A stretch of 64,000 bases of DNA from Octopus vulgaris (lineage: Eukaryota), in the NCBI GenBank assembly GCA_951406725.2, contig OX597821.1, forward strand, positions 77,376,001-77,440,000, in the 5' to 3' direction. Each line of letters starts with the position of its first letter. Position 1 is the stretch's first letter. The notes under the pieces are model-generated. The model worked only from the letters and a program-made list of their open reading frames with translations. It ran no database searches and was not told where the DNA came from. Both the position numbers and the translations under genes were made by a program. Shown here in pieces: positions 1 to 13,786 of this stretch.

Positions 1-2
1 AA

Positions 3-63
<61 letters not shown>

Positions 64-300
64 GAAGAAAGAAAGAAAGAAAGAAGGGAAGAAGGGAAGA
101 AAGGGAAGGAAGGAAGGAAGGAAAGAAAGTAAGAAGGGAAGAAGGGAAGGAAGGAAGGAAAAGAAAGGAAGGCGAGAAAAGATAGAATGAAAGGAAGAAA
201 GAAAGAAAGAAAGAAACAAACAAACAAACAAACAATGAAATAATGAAAGAAAGAAAGATGGAAAATGAAAAAGATGTAAAGAAAAGTATTGAAGGAAGAA
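1..300. repeat. (GAAA)n/(GGAA)n purine-rich simple repeat
   Basis: Direct reading of the sequence. Confidence 0.95.
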
Positions 301-2299
301 AACGCCGTAATATTGTTTTTAATAAACTCATGGAAGTCTGATAAGTGTTATTGCACTTTTACTGTTTGGGTTGAATAATCTAACACCTCGGTTCCTCGCC
401 CTTCGTCTAAGCGAGCAAGAGATAGCAAGTGGTATGGTCACATTATTGCTTTACAATATAATTGCAAACAATAACGCCATTACTTAATACGGATGCTTAA
501 CGGAGCCAGTCACCGGTTCACTACATCTATGATGGTGGCGGTGACAGGATCGGAGGGAGGGTGAAACTGTAGGTTTGGTTCGATGAACACAATTCTTTTG
601 TATATTTCTTTTAGTTGAATTGTAGTGGCGTAAACGATAGAAAATAGCAAGCGTGTGAGTATATATGTGTGTGTGTTTTTATGCATATGTTAATAGTATA
701 CGTGTACGTATGATTGTTAAAGCGATATGGCTTGTGCATATTTGAATGTTTGAAAAAGCGGTTAAAGGAAAGAAAGTTGAGAATTATCGTGGCTAGAAGG
801 TTCAAAGAAAGAATATATCTTCCTCTTCTTTTTTCAGGACGGGAAGTCGGGATTCGGTATGCAAAACAAAATCGAAAATGAAAAGATGCCGAGCAGCATG
901 GTCCGATGAGTGCAAGTGACAAACGACAGGTGAGCTGTTATCATGTTAGGCATCATGTCGGATATCTCAGGTGGTCCGTAAATATAACCTGTGACTATTT
1001 GATCTAACGTAAGCTGATCTGCATAATATGAGATTCTTGGAGGTACAGAAGTAAAGGAACGAGATATGGAAAGACTGATTTCAGACAAATAGCTAACAAA
1101 CAGGTTGACATAGTTGAGGGACATTCTACTTCCAGCAGTCAGCAGCTGAGACATATTCATAGATCTCACCGGTAAATATAAAGCTGTGAGGATGAGGATG
1201 AGGATGAGTTTGGCAAGGCGGAGAAGAATGGATGAATTTATACAGAAATATTTTCCGGATTTTCATTTCTGATTTCTCTGGATTACCACTTTTGACTAAA
1301 TTGAATCTATTTAGCAATAATACAAACAAAACCGACTGGATGAGCTTTAAAGTGAAACAACCCCATAGCTTGTCTCAATACGTGAGCATCAGCATAAAAA
1401 TAATGCAACTTGATTGGTTACGGTTAAATGGTTGTCGACTTTGGAATACGAGTTCATTCTCCAGTGCAGTTTAGTTGTGAATCTCCTAAAGATAGTTCCA
1501 TGGAATCGTTTTAGCTTACAATTTCTCTTCAACTGAAGTTAAGGCTTTCGTAATCCATTACTAATACAGCGCTGTTTCCATCGCCATTACACATAAATAC
1601 CCTTGTCACATCTCATCCGCCTCTGATTTGATACCAAAGGATGCTTCTCGAACAAAACAAAATACAACTTTCATTGAAAAAGTTATTTCTAGTAGACAGC
1701 AACAACAATATCATATTTGCTTCTGCAACGAATTTACATACTAACAGCGAATGATATAAACTGTTCTGTCGAATAAAGACATTCTACCTGCTGGGTTTAT
1801 TGCTATGTATATGACATTTGTCTCACATTCTATGTACGAGATAATTTGCTTCGAGATAGCTCTATAAAGATAGACGTTGCACCACTATATTCTATGTTCC
1901 ACGTACTTTTGTGAGCAAAGAGAAACTCTAAATATTCGAAAATCTGTTTAAGTAATGAACTCTGAGACAACTTCTCATGAGTTATCTTCGCGTGATGTCA
2001 CATAAGAAAGAGAACCACATAAATTTACGAGAAACTTAACGAGATATTTACGAGAAAGCTAACGAGAGCCTCCATAAGAAAGACAACGATGAAAGCAGCT
2101 GGAAAAATTAGTTTATTAACGCTCAGAAGAAACCGATATAAACCATAATTTTTTGTAGAAGAAACAAAACGTTTAGAAATGCAGAGAGAAAAGAGAATTC
2201 GCTCAGCTGACATTTACTTTTGCTAGTCTTGGTTTTAACTCGTTTTCTGCAATCATCTTAGGATCAGCCCAGAGAGAGCGTTTTCGTATATGTGTATGT

Positions 2300-2742
<443 letters not shown>

Positions 2743-4009
2743 AAAAGAACGAGATTCAGAGAGCATTAAAATAAAGGAAGCAAGAGGAGTGCTATAATTT
2801 CCTGAAAAATACACATTTTTGAAAGAAATTTTACAGAGATAAGATTTCGATAGATTAGTTTGCGGTTATGTTGAGAAATTTAGAAAAATAATAACATAAT
2901 AAATGAAAAAAATTGTCTTAACTAATTTTATTTCAAAATAAATAATACTCTCTTAAAAATTAGTATTCAATCCACCACTTTATATAAGCAGCAAGAAAGT
3001 TGATAAAAGGTAAATTCCGATTATTGTACGCATGCGCGCTTGAGTGAAAACAGGATATTGTAATCACTCCTCTTTGTTTGCGCGTTTGCAAAATTATTGG
3101 AAAACGGCTGAACGGATTTTCACCAAATTTAGCAGAAATACTCATTGGGTGAGTGGCTCGAAATGATGAACATTTGGTTTATTTCCAAACATACATAAAT
3201 ACATACATAGATATGTGACTCTGTATTATATTGTGTGCGTGTGTGTGTATGAATGCGCGCGTGTGTGTGTGTGTGTGTGTGTACAATGATGGATCCGAGG
3301 GTTTCTTTTATTTACGAATTGATTTCTTAATTTCACCAGAGTATAAATACCTATAATGGTGAAACACTTCTCAAATTCTATGCAATATTTTCTATAAGTA
3401 TTTCATTTTGTTCACTTTCTTTTTCATATGAATCGACCCTCGTCTGCGTGTGTATTGATCATGGTATGCCAATGCGTGTAGACATAGATACATCCATCCA
3501 TCCATACATACATACATACATACATACATACATACATACATACATACATACATACATACATACATACATACATAGACATGCGACTCAGTGTGTGTGTCTA
3601 AAGTGATGGATTCGAGTGTTTTGTTTATTTATGAGTTGATTTCTTGATTTCACTAGAATATAAGTACCTATAATGGCGATACTTATAAAGAAGTTAATTC
3701 AGTTCAATAAAAAAGCAACGCATTGTTAGCCACATAAAATCTGCGGTAAAAGTTTATCTTCAAGCAGGGTAAGCATCTCTGCTTTTTTTTTTTTCATTCT
3801 TTATGTTACCCAAGATATCAAAAGTATATTTCTAAAGTGACCAATCATTTAGTAGATTTATAATAGGAGATTTTCAAAATTAAAAAGAAAATTAAATTTC
3901 ATTCACATTTTTCTTGGCAAAATATTATTTTTTCCAAAAAATAAAATATAGATTTATACTATAAAATGTTCTATAACCAAAAGTAAAAAATTGAATTCTA
4001 ATAATGGAT

Positions 4010-4180
4010 TTAGGCCCGAAATTTTGGGGGATGGGTCCAGTTGATTAAATCGACTCCAGTACGCAACTGGTACTTAATTTACCAACCCGAAAAGATGAAA
4101 GACAAAGTCGACGGCGGAATTTGAACTCAGAACGAAATAACGCTAAGCTTGTTAACGATTCCGCCAGCTCGCCGCCTTCA
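4010..4180 (-). mobile_element. SINE family B copy (tRNA-like head plus MetaSINE-like core)
   Basis: Reverse complement of the GGCGGCGAGCTGGC...GAGTTCAAATTCCG...GTCGACTTTG.CTTTCATC...AAGTACCAGTT family that recurs throughout the window. Confidence 0.8.
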
Positions 4181-4752
4181 ACTTTATATAGACTCCCAAG
4201 TCATATGGAGCTTCGTTTAGAAACACTGGACTAAACTTTTGAAGGTAGTGCCCCAGCATGGCCGCTGACCAATGACTGAAACAAGTAAAAGATAAAATAC
4301 TATCATTTATATTAAATTTAATTCTCATAATTAAAAAAAATATAATAAATTTTCTATGTTTGTTAAGCAGTGTCTGTGATAAGGTGAAACAGCATTTCTC
4401 ATTGAAAACTCGCTCTCAGGTAACGAAAGTGTAATGAAAGGTCTGAGCAAGGTGTGGTGGGCAGATAAAGATCCGGCTGGAATTTTTCCCGATACTCTTT
4501 GAAGCTAACGTTAAAGAGTGTGTCTCCTTGTTCGGTGGTCACGTAGGTAAACTGGACGTCCCCGACACCTCCAGTGCAACCACCACAGTTTGGCTGCTTG
4601 GCTGTCTGAGGGGCAGAGGAAATAGTCTAGCTAGCAGTTGTTTGGATTACCATTATGGCTACTGTTCTACAGTGTACCGAGGGATTAGGCAGAGAAACAG
4701 CTCCCTCGAGCACACACGCTCACTCATTCACTTTCTCTCAATCTCACTCTGT

Positions 4753-4822
<70 letters not shown>

Positions 4823-5196
4823 GCTTTCCGTTCCGTTACTTTCTATTTATCTTTCTCTTGCTCTCTCTCTCTCCTGTTTCTCTCTATCTTCCTCTATAAA
4901 TATATTTCTGTAACTGGAGACTTCTCTCTCTCACTTTCTCTTCCTCTCTTTTCCTCTCTCTCTCTCTCTCTCCCTCTTCTCCCCTCTCTCTCTCTCTCTT
5001 TCTCTCGCTATCTGTATGGATACGTGGTGTGTTTGTGTGTTCTCTCTTTCTCTTTTCCTATCTTAAATATTGTTCATTCACAATAATTATGAGACACAAT
5101 TTAACCAGAGAAAGTTTCATCTAACACACTCTCTCTTCCCTTCAATTTCTCGGTTTATTACCCTTCCTTTCTTCCTCCATTTCTCTCTCTCTCTAC

Positions 5197-5247
<51 letters not shown>

Positions 5248-5648
5248 CCTCTTTCACTCCAAGAAATAAGCATGACTGAAGCGCCCTCTCTTCTAAATAA
5301 TGGTCGTTTGCGGTATTAACATCCACATTCATTTCTATTAGTTCGAGTGTTGCAAGTCTGGGGTCCTTTTAAAACAGACCTTACTTTTTCCTTGTCTTGT
5401 TTTTATTTATATTTATCTGTGTGTTTTCCTTCATTTTTGCATCATTATTTTTTTCTTGCGTTTTCTTTTTTCTTTTTTCGCACTATGGGGCCACAGTCAA
5501 CAAGGAGCAAGTCGATGTGACATATAGTTGTGCGCCTGGATTAGAGACCAATAAATAAAGGGTACCAGAAACAGAAAAAAGGAGCCTGTTGTTGACATTA
5601 CTTGTGTAAGTAGACACTGATGTGCATACGGAGGTGTATGTCTACAGA

Positions 5649-5735
<87 letters not shown>

Positions 5736-5796
5736 ACGCATATATGTATACATGCATATATACATTCATATACGTGTGTGTGTGTATATCTATGCT

Positions 5797-6120
5797 GAGA
5801 CCCCCTTCGGTCATGACTGACCATGGGATTGCACCTTGAAAGTTACCCTCCCAGGCACAAGTCCGGGCAAGGTTGTTTATGGAAGACAATGCATATCGGC
5901 CTCCTGTCTCCACGGCACCAGTGTTATACAAGGGAAAGGCAAAGGGGCCGATAGAGCTTGGTACTTGTGACGTCGCAACTCATTTCTACAGCTGAGTGAA
6001 CTGGAGCAACGTGAAATAAAGTGTCTTGCTCAAGAACACAGCACGCAGCCCGGTCCGGGATTCGAACTCACAACCGCACGATCGTAAGCTCGACGCTCTA
6101 ACCACTGAGCCATGCGACTT
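5797..6120 (-). mobile_element. tRNA-derived SINE (body shared with 20884-21142, different tail)
   Basis: Minus strand has A-box TGGCTCAGTGG and B-box GTTCGAATCCC, then body TGTGTTCTTGAGCAAGACACTTTATTTCACGTTGCTCCAG. Confidence 0.8.
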
Positions 6121-6131
6121 TACTGTGTGTG

Positions 6132-6255
<124 letters not shown>

Positions 6256-6259
6256 AATA

Positions 6260-7146
6260 TTAGGGAGTATAACTCCAAACTTACAGGGATAAATTCAATT
6301 TAGTATTAAATCAAATTTCACAATATTGGGGGATGGGTCCAGTCGATTAAATCGATCCCAGTACGCAACTGGTGCTTAATTTATCGACCCCGAAAAGATG
6401 AAAGACAAAGTCGACCTCGGCGGAATTTGAACTCAGAACGTAAAGAGAAACGAAATAACGTTAAGCATTGTTAACGATTCTCGCCTCCTTCAACTTTATA
6501 TAGACTCCCAAATCATATGGAACTTCGTTTAGAAACACTGGACTAAACTTTTGAAGGCAGTGCCCCAGCATGGTCGCTGTCCAATATGCATATAATAAAT
6601 ATAAATTAGAGCAAAACCACTATTACGTAATTCAAACAATGATAGACATAAACCATATCATATAGAAAAAAATTAAATATATTATAAAACATATATTTAG
6701 ATCACAAAAATTACGAAATAATAAAGAAACATTATATAATAAGTAAAAAGACTACGTACGTTTCGTGGCTATAACTTCAATTCGAATTACAATTAAATTT
6801 AATTTTAATCCAAAACAATTCAATTTAAAAGTATAGTCAAACCTCGGGTCAGCAATAATAACAATAATAGTTAAATAAATACATATTTTTAATACATAAT
6901 GAAATAGAATTAAACAATATTTCTTAAAGAAATAAAAACATGATTCTTCTTATAGAAGAAACTCCGTTAACTAAATTTGAAACTTAAAAAGTAGGACCAG
7001 GTGTCCTACTTTTTAAAAACCTAAGGTAAAAAAATTGAGTAAATAGATAGAAAAATGTATTTTATCTGTGAAGATATATTTTAGCTTTGAGAATAATTTT
7101 AACAAACTATAGTATATCTTTACTGGAAAATATTTTCCAGTAAAGA
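6260..7146 (-). mobile_element. AT-rich Penelope-like relic with degenerate hammerhead, interrupted by a 260-bp insertion
   Basis: Starts with TAGGGAGTATAACTCCAAACTTACAGGGA, as at 30541 and (diverged) 56722. Minus strand retains GAAA-CGTACG-TA at ~6750-6765. Ends in a perfect 30-bp palindrome at 7117-7146. Confidence 0.55.
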
Positions 7147-7816
7147 AAGTAGTGGTGATCCCAGAACGAAGATGCGCGTGCGTATGTATGTGAGAGCGTT
7201 ATGTGCATGTGGTTGGGGATATGCTTATATACACTTAGGTATCCATACGCACATAAGTACAGGTATATGTGCATGTACATGTGTGTGTGTGTGTACTGTC
7301 TACCACATTTAATACCCAAATTAAAGAAAAGCAAGATGAAATATGTCGGATGGGTCATATGTCAGTAAGAAAAACACTCGCTGTTTATATTTCATTTCTT
7401 TATTTCTGTAAGTCAATTGGTTAACCAAACAAAAACAAACTTTTATTATCAAATCAGGCAAAAATATAATCAATATTTTTCATCAAATACATCACCATTA
7501 TCAATTCAAATCTACAAACTGTCTTATAAATATATTGAAATCAATGAAAATCTCAAGTGTTTTGTCTTTTTTTCTGTTGAGTTTTCTGCTATTAGCAGCA
7601 ATTCCATATTGATATTTTGAATTCTCTATAGAAACGGTAAATAAGATATGTTGAAGAATTCATTTAGTGTTTAAAATTCTTTTAATAAAATATAGTTTCT
7701 TTTTTTATTTCATTCAACATTTTTTAATTTTGTCTTCAAATGTAATGTTTACTTTAGTCCCACCAGTGTGCATATGTGTACACACACGCACGCACACACA
7801 CACGCACACACACACA

Positions 7817-7853
<37 letters not shown>

Positions 7854-8580
7854 GACGTAATGACAGACGAAATGCCGCTAAGCATTTTGCAGCCAGCTTG
7901 CCACCTTTGTTCATTACAGAACATGCGACCCTTTTATGTATTACTGGTTCAAGAGAATGTGAATTTTGTATTACAGCAATTTTAAATGTTGGAAGTGGTG
8001 AGTTCTTACAGATGTTTATTCCAGAATTTCCAAATACCAATTAGATAAAATTACTTATATTTTCCACATAATTAATTCGCATTCACTGAAATAGAATCAG
8101 ATATCGAAAAACATTCAATGATTTATAAACGCGAAATCTTCATTTACAATTACCTTACTTTTTAGTGTTATACATAATTGAGAGCGAAAACGAGAAACCG
8201 TCACATGCTCAGCGTAAGTTAAATCAATAAATGAATGTCTACTGGAACTTTTAAAGGCTTTTTGGTAACCAATCAGTTCTTGATGACTAATCGTACATCG
8301 TTGTCTTTGCAAATATTTTTCCTATAGATTGTTACGCTGTTTCGATTATTGAGTTGTTGAGAGATAATCAAAACATCAAGCTCACAGAAACGATTCCAAA
8401 ACATTGTGTGCGTATGTATGTATATATGTGAGAGTGTATGTATACAAATATATGTTCATGCATATATATATATATATATTCGGGATGGTTATTCATTTAT
8501 TTATTTGCCAAATAAATACTTGCACTATATATATTTATTCTTCACTCGTTTATACTGTTCTTATTGTAACTCATGTCTAT

Positions 8581-8625
8581 TGTCCGGAAATCTTTCGTCA
8601 CACATCTGTGACCTCTTCAGCGACA
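8581..8625 (-). ncRNA. Minimal type I hammerhead ribozyme motif (PLE type, slightly degenerate)
   Basis: Minus strand: tgtcg CTGAAGA g gtcaca-gatg-tgtgac GAAA gatt TC cggaca. Helix II is perfect and helix I has one bulge. Confidence 0.6.
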
Positions 8626-8883
8626 CTTTTCGTTTTCATGTGTGTTCTTGCTTCGCTTACTCCTGAGAATGGAGTAAGCGAAGTAAGATTTCCGGACAAT
8701 GGACATGAGTTGGAATAAGAAGAGTAATAAACGAGTGAAGAAAAAATATATAGTGCGTGTGTTTATTTGGCAAAGAAGAAAAAGACCATCATGAAATAGA
8801 ACAATATCGGTTTCGACACACGATTTCTCATCAGGAATTTTTCAACAGGAATTGATAACTGTATATATATATATATATATATA

Positions 8884-9009
8884 TTGACCTGCTCGCTTAG
8901 CCAGCGGGGTGGCGTCATTCAAAGGCTAAAACAATGCGAACGCATTGTGACCAGCGATGTGTAGCAACAACTGATGGTCTGGTCGATCACGTGATCACGT
9001 GATCACGTG

Positions 9010-9010
<1 letters not shown>
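8884..9010 (+). mobile_element. 3' tail fragment of SINE family C ending in (ATCACGTG)n
   Basis: Matches the 3' end of the full copy at 12804-13113. Confidence 0.75.
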
Positions 9011-9047
<37 letters not shown>

Positions 9048-9097
9048 TAACATATATATATATAATGAGATAGATAGATAAATAGATAGATAGATAA

Positions 9098-9175
<78 letters not shown>

Positions 9176-9300
9176 TGATATGCATATTTAGAGAGCAACA
9201 TTCATATGAATATATATAAACGAATATACATCGCATTTCTGTACGCAAACATTTGTGTGTGCGTATACATATACATACATACATACATACATACATACAT

Positions 9301-9365
<65 letters not shown>

Positions 9366-9367
<2 letters not shown>

Positions 9368-9767
9368 CTTACTCTTTTTTTCTCTTTTACTTGTTTCAGT
9401 CATGTGACTGTGGCCATGCTGGAGCACCGCCTTTAATCGAGCAAATTGACCCCAGGACTTATTCTTTGTAAGCTTAGTACTTATTCTATCAGTTCTTTTG
9501 CCGAACCGGTAAGTTACGGGGACTTAAACACACCAGCATCGATGTTGGAGGGACAAACACAGACACACAAACATATACACTCACATACATATATATACAT
9601 ATATACGACGGGCTTCATTCAGTTTCTGTCTCCCAAATCCACTCAAAAGGATTTGGTTGGCCCGAGGCTATAGTAGAAAACACTTACCCAAGGTGCCACG
9701 CAGTGGGACGGAACCCGGAGCAATGTGGTTCGTAAGCAAGCTACTTACTACACAGCCACTCCTACGC

Positions 9768-9768
<1 letters not shown>
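9366..9768 (-). mobile_element. SINE family A, full length
   Basis: Minus strand has head GGCGTAGGAGTGGCTGTGTAGTAAG, B-box-like GGTTCCGTCCC, and tail GGTGCTCCAGCATGGCC...TGACTGAAACAAGTAAAAGAG. Confidence 0.85.
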
Positions 9769-9801
<33 letters not shown>

Positions 9802-10935
9802 GCACATTCATACACATACACGCACACACAGACACACATAAACCATACATATGTATGTGAGAGTATGCTCCAGCGCGCGTGCGCGTGTGTCTGAATTATT
9901 CACTGCTGTTTAAATTAATTTCAAGCTAATCTTGACTCGTCAAAATCTGTCAGTTTCTCCATAATCCTTACTCTGGTTTTTTAAGTCCAAATCGTTACAG
10001 GCTGTGTGAATATCTCTCTTTATTCGTATGAACACGTGTGAGATCACCTGCGTTTGTGTATACGTGGACGTATTTATATGTTTACGCGTGTCCTTTCGTT
10101 CCGGCTCCCGTAGGCCCTGTTTCCATGACGTATAAGGGACTGAGGTTGCAACATTCCCCTTGAAGGGTACACCGATCCGTTGCGAGTTTCAAGGACATAT
10201 ATTTGGTAGGGAGAGGACAAGTCTATTACGTCACTCCCCCCCCCCCCAGTTGTTGCCTGATACTTTATGCTATCATTCCCGAAAGGAAGAACGGCAAAGT
10301 TAACCCTGGCGTGCGGTAACGACTGTGCCAGCTCGCCGCCTCTGTGTCTAACCAAAAGAAATTTTCATAACGTCCGTCTATACGTTCTGAGTTCAAATTC
10401 CGCTGAAGTCGACTTTGCTTTTCATCCATTCGGGAGTCAATAAAATTTAGTACCAGTTGAGTACTAGGGTCGATGCAATCGACTTACCCCTTCCCGAAAT
10501 TGCTGACCTTGTGCCGAATTTTGAAATTAATATAATGTTTGAGAAAGATTATAGGGTAGTATATGACATAATCATTAGAGCAGCGAACGAAATTTCTTTC
10601 AAGATGGTTTGTTCGGATCATTGATGCCTTTCTCTTTCGTTAGGATGAAAATGAAATAAAAAACAATCAAGCAGTGTGGATGATTTAATCAATTATGCCC
10701 TTTCCGCTAATTTGTGACCCGATGACCCAATGTCATAAACCAATATATTGTTCGGGAATGTTGTTGTTTTTACTATTAATCCTTCTTCCCCACCATTCCC
10801 GGTGTTCGAATGACGTTGAACGCTGTGAGTCTTTGCCAATAAAAGGTATTCTTGACATGAACGTATCGTTCCTTTTTTTTTTTATCTAAAATTACATTAC
10901 CTGGCGTGTCCTTCCTTTCACAGATATGGGTACTA

Positions 10936-11170
10936 ATAAGGCGCCGAGCTGACAGAAACGTTAGCGCGTCGGGCGAAATGCTTAGCGGTATTTCGTCTGC
11001 CGTTACGTTCTGAGTTCAAATTCTGCTGAGGTCGACTTTGCCTTTCATCCTTTCGGGGTCGATAAATTAAGTACCAGCTACGCACTGGGGTCGATGTAAT
11101 CGACTTAATCCGTTTGTCTGTCCTTGTTTGTCACCTCTATGTTTAGCCTCTTGTGGGTAGTAAAGAAATA
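10936..11170 (+). mobile_element. SINE family B with 14-bp TSD
   Basis: Flanked by AGATATGGGTACTA at 10922-10935 and 11171-11184. Core GCCTTTCATCCTTTCGGGGTCGATAAATTAAGTACCAG resembles the MetaSINE central domain. Confidence 0.88.
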
Positions 11171-11519
11171 AGATATGGGTACTATTTCTAGAAAGTTGTA
11201 GAGGCTCCTTTGCAGTGAGTGAATCTGAATTCCCAGTTAATTCCCAGATAAAGACGTTCATTTCTCGTAGATCTCTCAATTTTGCGTGCTATCCGTGAGT
11301 CTTCACATGTTTTACATACACGCTGTAAGATTGGTTTTTCTTGCTTTTATTTGAGTTTTTCGATTGCAAGTGTAGAACCACAGTTAGTTGGACAGAATTA
11401 GTGAAGCAGATACCGTTTAGGGCACATTTTTTTAGTTCATTCATTCGGGCTATGGAGATGAACAAGGAAACCTAGAATGGTCAGCTCAATTGTTCAGAGT
11501 AACGCATGTCTTCCTCTCT

Positions 11520-11723
11520 GCCTTAGTCCAATGAAAAATGCCCATACTATATGAGCAGCGTGTCCGCAGATTCAGGACTACAGTTTTCAATGCATCTTCG
11601 CCAATTTCTTATTGTCTCAGAGCTATTGGAACGAGACTATTGGGCGTGGCTGTTTGGACGCTGACGATTTGACGGGACATTGAAGCTATTTTGGTAACTG
11701 CACTTTTGACACCGGAGGTAAAC
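11520..11723 (+). promoter_or_regulatory. Candidate Pol II promoter and short first exon
   Basis: CCAAT/ATTGG at 11528, 11601, 11625 and 11639; GC-box GGGCGTGGC at 11642-11650; GGACTACA (ZNF143/Staf-like) at 11575; donor-like GAG|GTAAAC at 11718. Confidence 0.35.
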
Positions 11724-11751
11724 ACATACGCATGCGTGTGCAGAAATATAC

Positions 11752-12144
11752 ACGTAGGAGTGGCTATGTGGTAAGTAGCTTGCTTACGAACCACATGATT
11801 CCGGGTTCAGTCCCACTGCGTAGCACCTTGAGCACGTGTTTTCTACTATAGCCTCGGGCCGACCAAAGCCTTGTGAGTGGATTTGGTAGACGGAAACTGA
11901 AAGAAGCCCGTCGTATATATATATATGTGGGGGGGGTCTGTGTTTGTCCCCCACCATCATCACTTGACAACCGATGCTGGTGCGTTTACGTCCCCTTCAC
12001 TTAGCAGTTCGGCAAAAGAGACCAATAGGATAAGTACTAGGCTTACAAAGAATAAGTCCTGAGGGTCGATTTGTTCGATTAAAAGGTGGTACTCCATCAT
12101 GGCCGCAGTCAGATGACTGAAACAAGTAAAAGAGTAAAAGAGTA
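11752..12144 (+). mobile_element. SINE family A, full length
   Basis: A-box TGGCTATGTGG, B-box GGTTCAGTCCC, internal (TA)n, and (GTAAAAGA)n tail. Confidence 0.88.
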
Positions 12145-12803
12145 CGGATAAGGGAGAATGAGAGAGAGGTGGGGTGGGGAAAAGGGAGACAATACAATTT
12201 ATTGAAATGGGAGATTCAGTGTGACGGAATGTGAATTACAGGTAATACACGATTTTGCAGTTGCGTTGAGAGAAGCAACGTGAAATAAAGAATCTTACTC
12301 AAGGACACAACACGCCGATGTGAATCGAACACACGACCGTACGGTCGTGAGATGAGTGCCCTAACCACTAAGCCACAGGCCTTCACATATATGTAAAACC
12401 CGGTTATGTAGCGAGCCAAAGATCGAGCTACAACGATATCCCTACGTCAAATAAAAATATCGCTAAAATTACCACGTTGCGCTTTAAGAAAGAAGGATGG
12501 ACGTGTTGGAAAATGTAGTTCAAGGTATATGTCTGAAAGACGTGATGATCGTGGCTGGAACATCTCTTATTGTAGTTCCACTTAATCAATGTTAACCTGA
12601 TTTAAATAATAACAACAAAAACAACTACAATTTAGGCCAGGTTGTCACTAAGTTCTGAAATGAGCGCGAGTCCATGATTTTGTCGATTGTGCGCAGTTGA
12701 GCCAAACAAGAAAATGAAATTGCTTATTAGAAAAACTGCGAGACAAAGCATTATGTGCGCATGTACACACTCGCACACGCACACGTAAGTATGAATTATA
12801 TAT

Positions 12804-13113
12804 ATCACGTAATCACGTGACCGACCAGGCTATCAGATGTTGCTACACATTGCTGGTCACATGCGCTTCGCATTGTTTTAGCCTTCAAATGACGCCAACC
12901 CACTGGCTAAGCGAGCAGGCCAAGAGAAGAAAGAGTGAGAGAAAGTTGCGGCGATAAAGTACAGCAGGGATCGCCACCACCCTCTGCCGGATCCTTCTGG
13001 AGCTTTAGGTATTTTCGCTCAACAAACACTCACAACGCCCGGTCTGGGGATCTAAACCGCGATCCTACGACTGCGAGTCCGCTGCCCTAATCACTGGGCC
13101 ATTGCGCCTCCAC
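12804..13113 (-). mobile_element. tRNA-derived SINE family C, full length
   Basis: Minus strand head GTGGAGGCGCAATGGCCCAGTG...GCGGTTTAGATCCCC; tail ends in CACGTGAT repeats. Confidence 0.82.
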
Positions 13114-13117
13114 ATGC

Positions 13118-13191
<74 letters not shown>

Positions 13192-13206
13192 TATGTATGT
13201 ATGTAT

Positions 13207-13520
13207 TCAATAATCTAGGGTTCAAAGGCCCACAGCTCTGCCACAAAATTAAGAAATCTGCATAAGGTGGAAGTAAATGTCTTCAAAAAGGAATTAGACA
13301 TCCCCCGCTTCACAATACCAGATTAACCAACCGCCCGACATGAGGTGCAGTCGGTGGGCAGCGGAATCAAACTCCCTTATACATTAAAATGTACCTCAAC
13401 TGGGACAAAGGCACATACAGGAGTGGTGATGTGAAACACCCAGACTGAGGAAGTCAGAAAGACCATGGTGGTGCTCCAGCATGACCACAGCTGCATGGCT
13501 GAAACGAGTAAAAGAGTAAG
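13207..13520 (+). mobile_element. 3' end of a CR1/L2-type LINE (degraded ORF2 C-terminus plus 3' UTR)
   Basis: Frameshifted translation NNLGFKGPQL..LRNLHKVEVNVFKKELD..IPD*P..AAESNSLIH matches the typical ORF2 C-terminus pattern F-K-x-x-L-D...I-P-D-x-P...S-N-S-L. Confidence 0.7.
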
Positions 13521-13521
13521 C

Positions 13522-13554
<33 letters not shown>

Positions 13555-13786
13555 TGTATATATATATACATATATACATGTGTGTGTGTATGTATGCATG
13601 CATGCATGTATGTACGTAAAATACAGATACACTCACACACACTTATATATGTATGTGTATGCACCTTCTCTTTCTCACTCATTCTCTCTTTCTCTCTTTC
13701 ACTCTCTCTCTCTCTCTTTATATAATATATATGTGTGTATATACACACACAATATATATATAGCTGTATGTAAATGTACGTATAAA

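Noticed and set aside
834-1169. 111-aa minus-strand ORF
   Set aside because: It has no recognisable domain or splice support, and its length is compatible with chance.
4371-4419. Possible 49-nt coding micro-exon, or a miR-2-like seed on the minus strand
   Set aside because: It is too short to support, and no pre-miRNA hairpin is evident.
6040-6120. tRNA genes at SINE heads (also 13030-13113, 21060-21142, 50670-50748)
   Set aside because: They have A/B boxes but no complete cloverleaf, and they continue into SINE bodies, some with TSDs.
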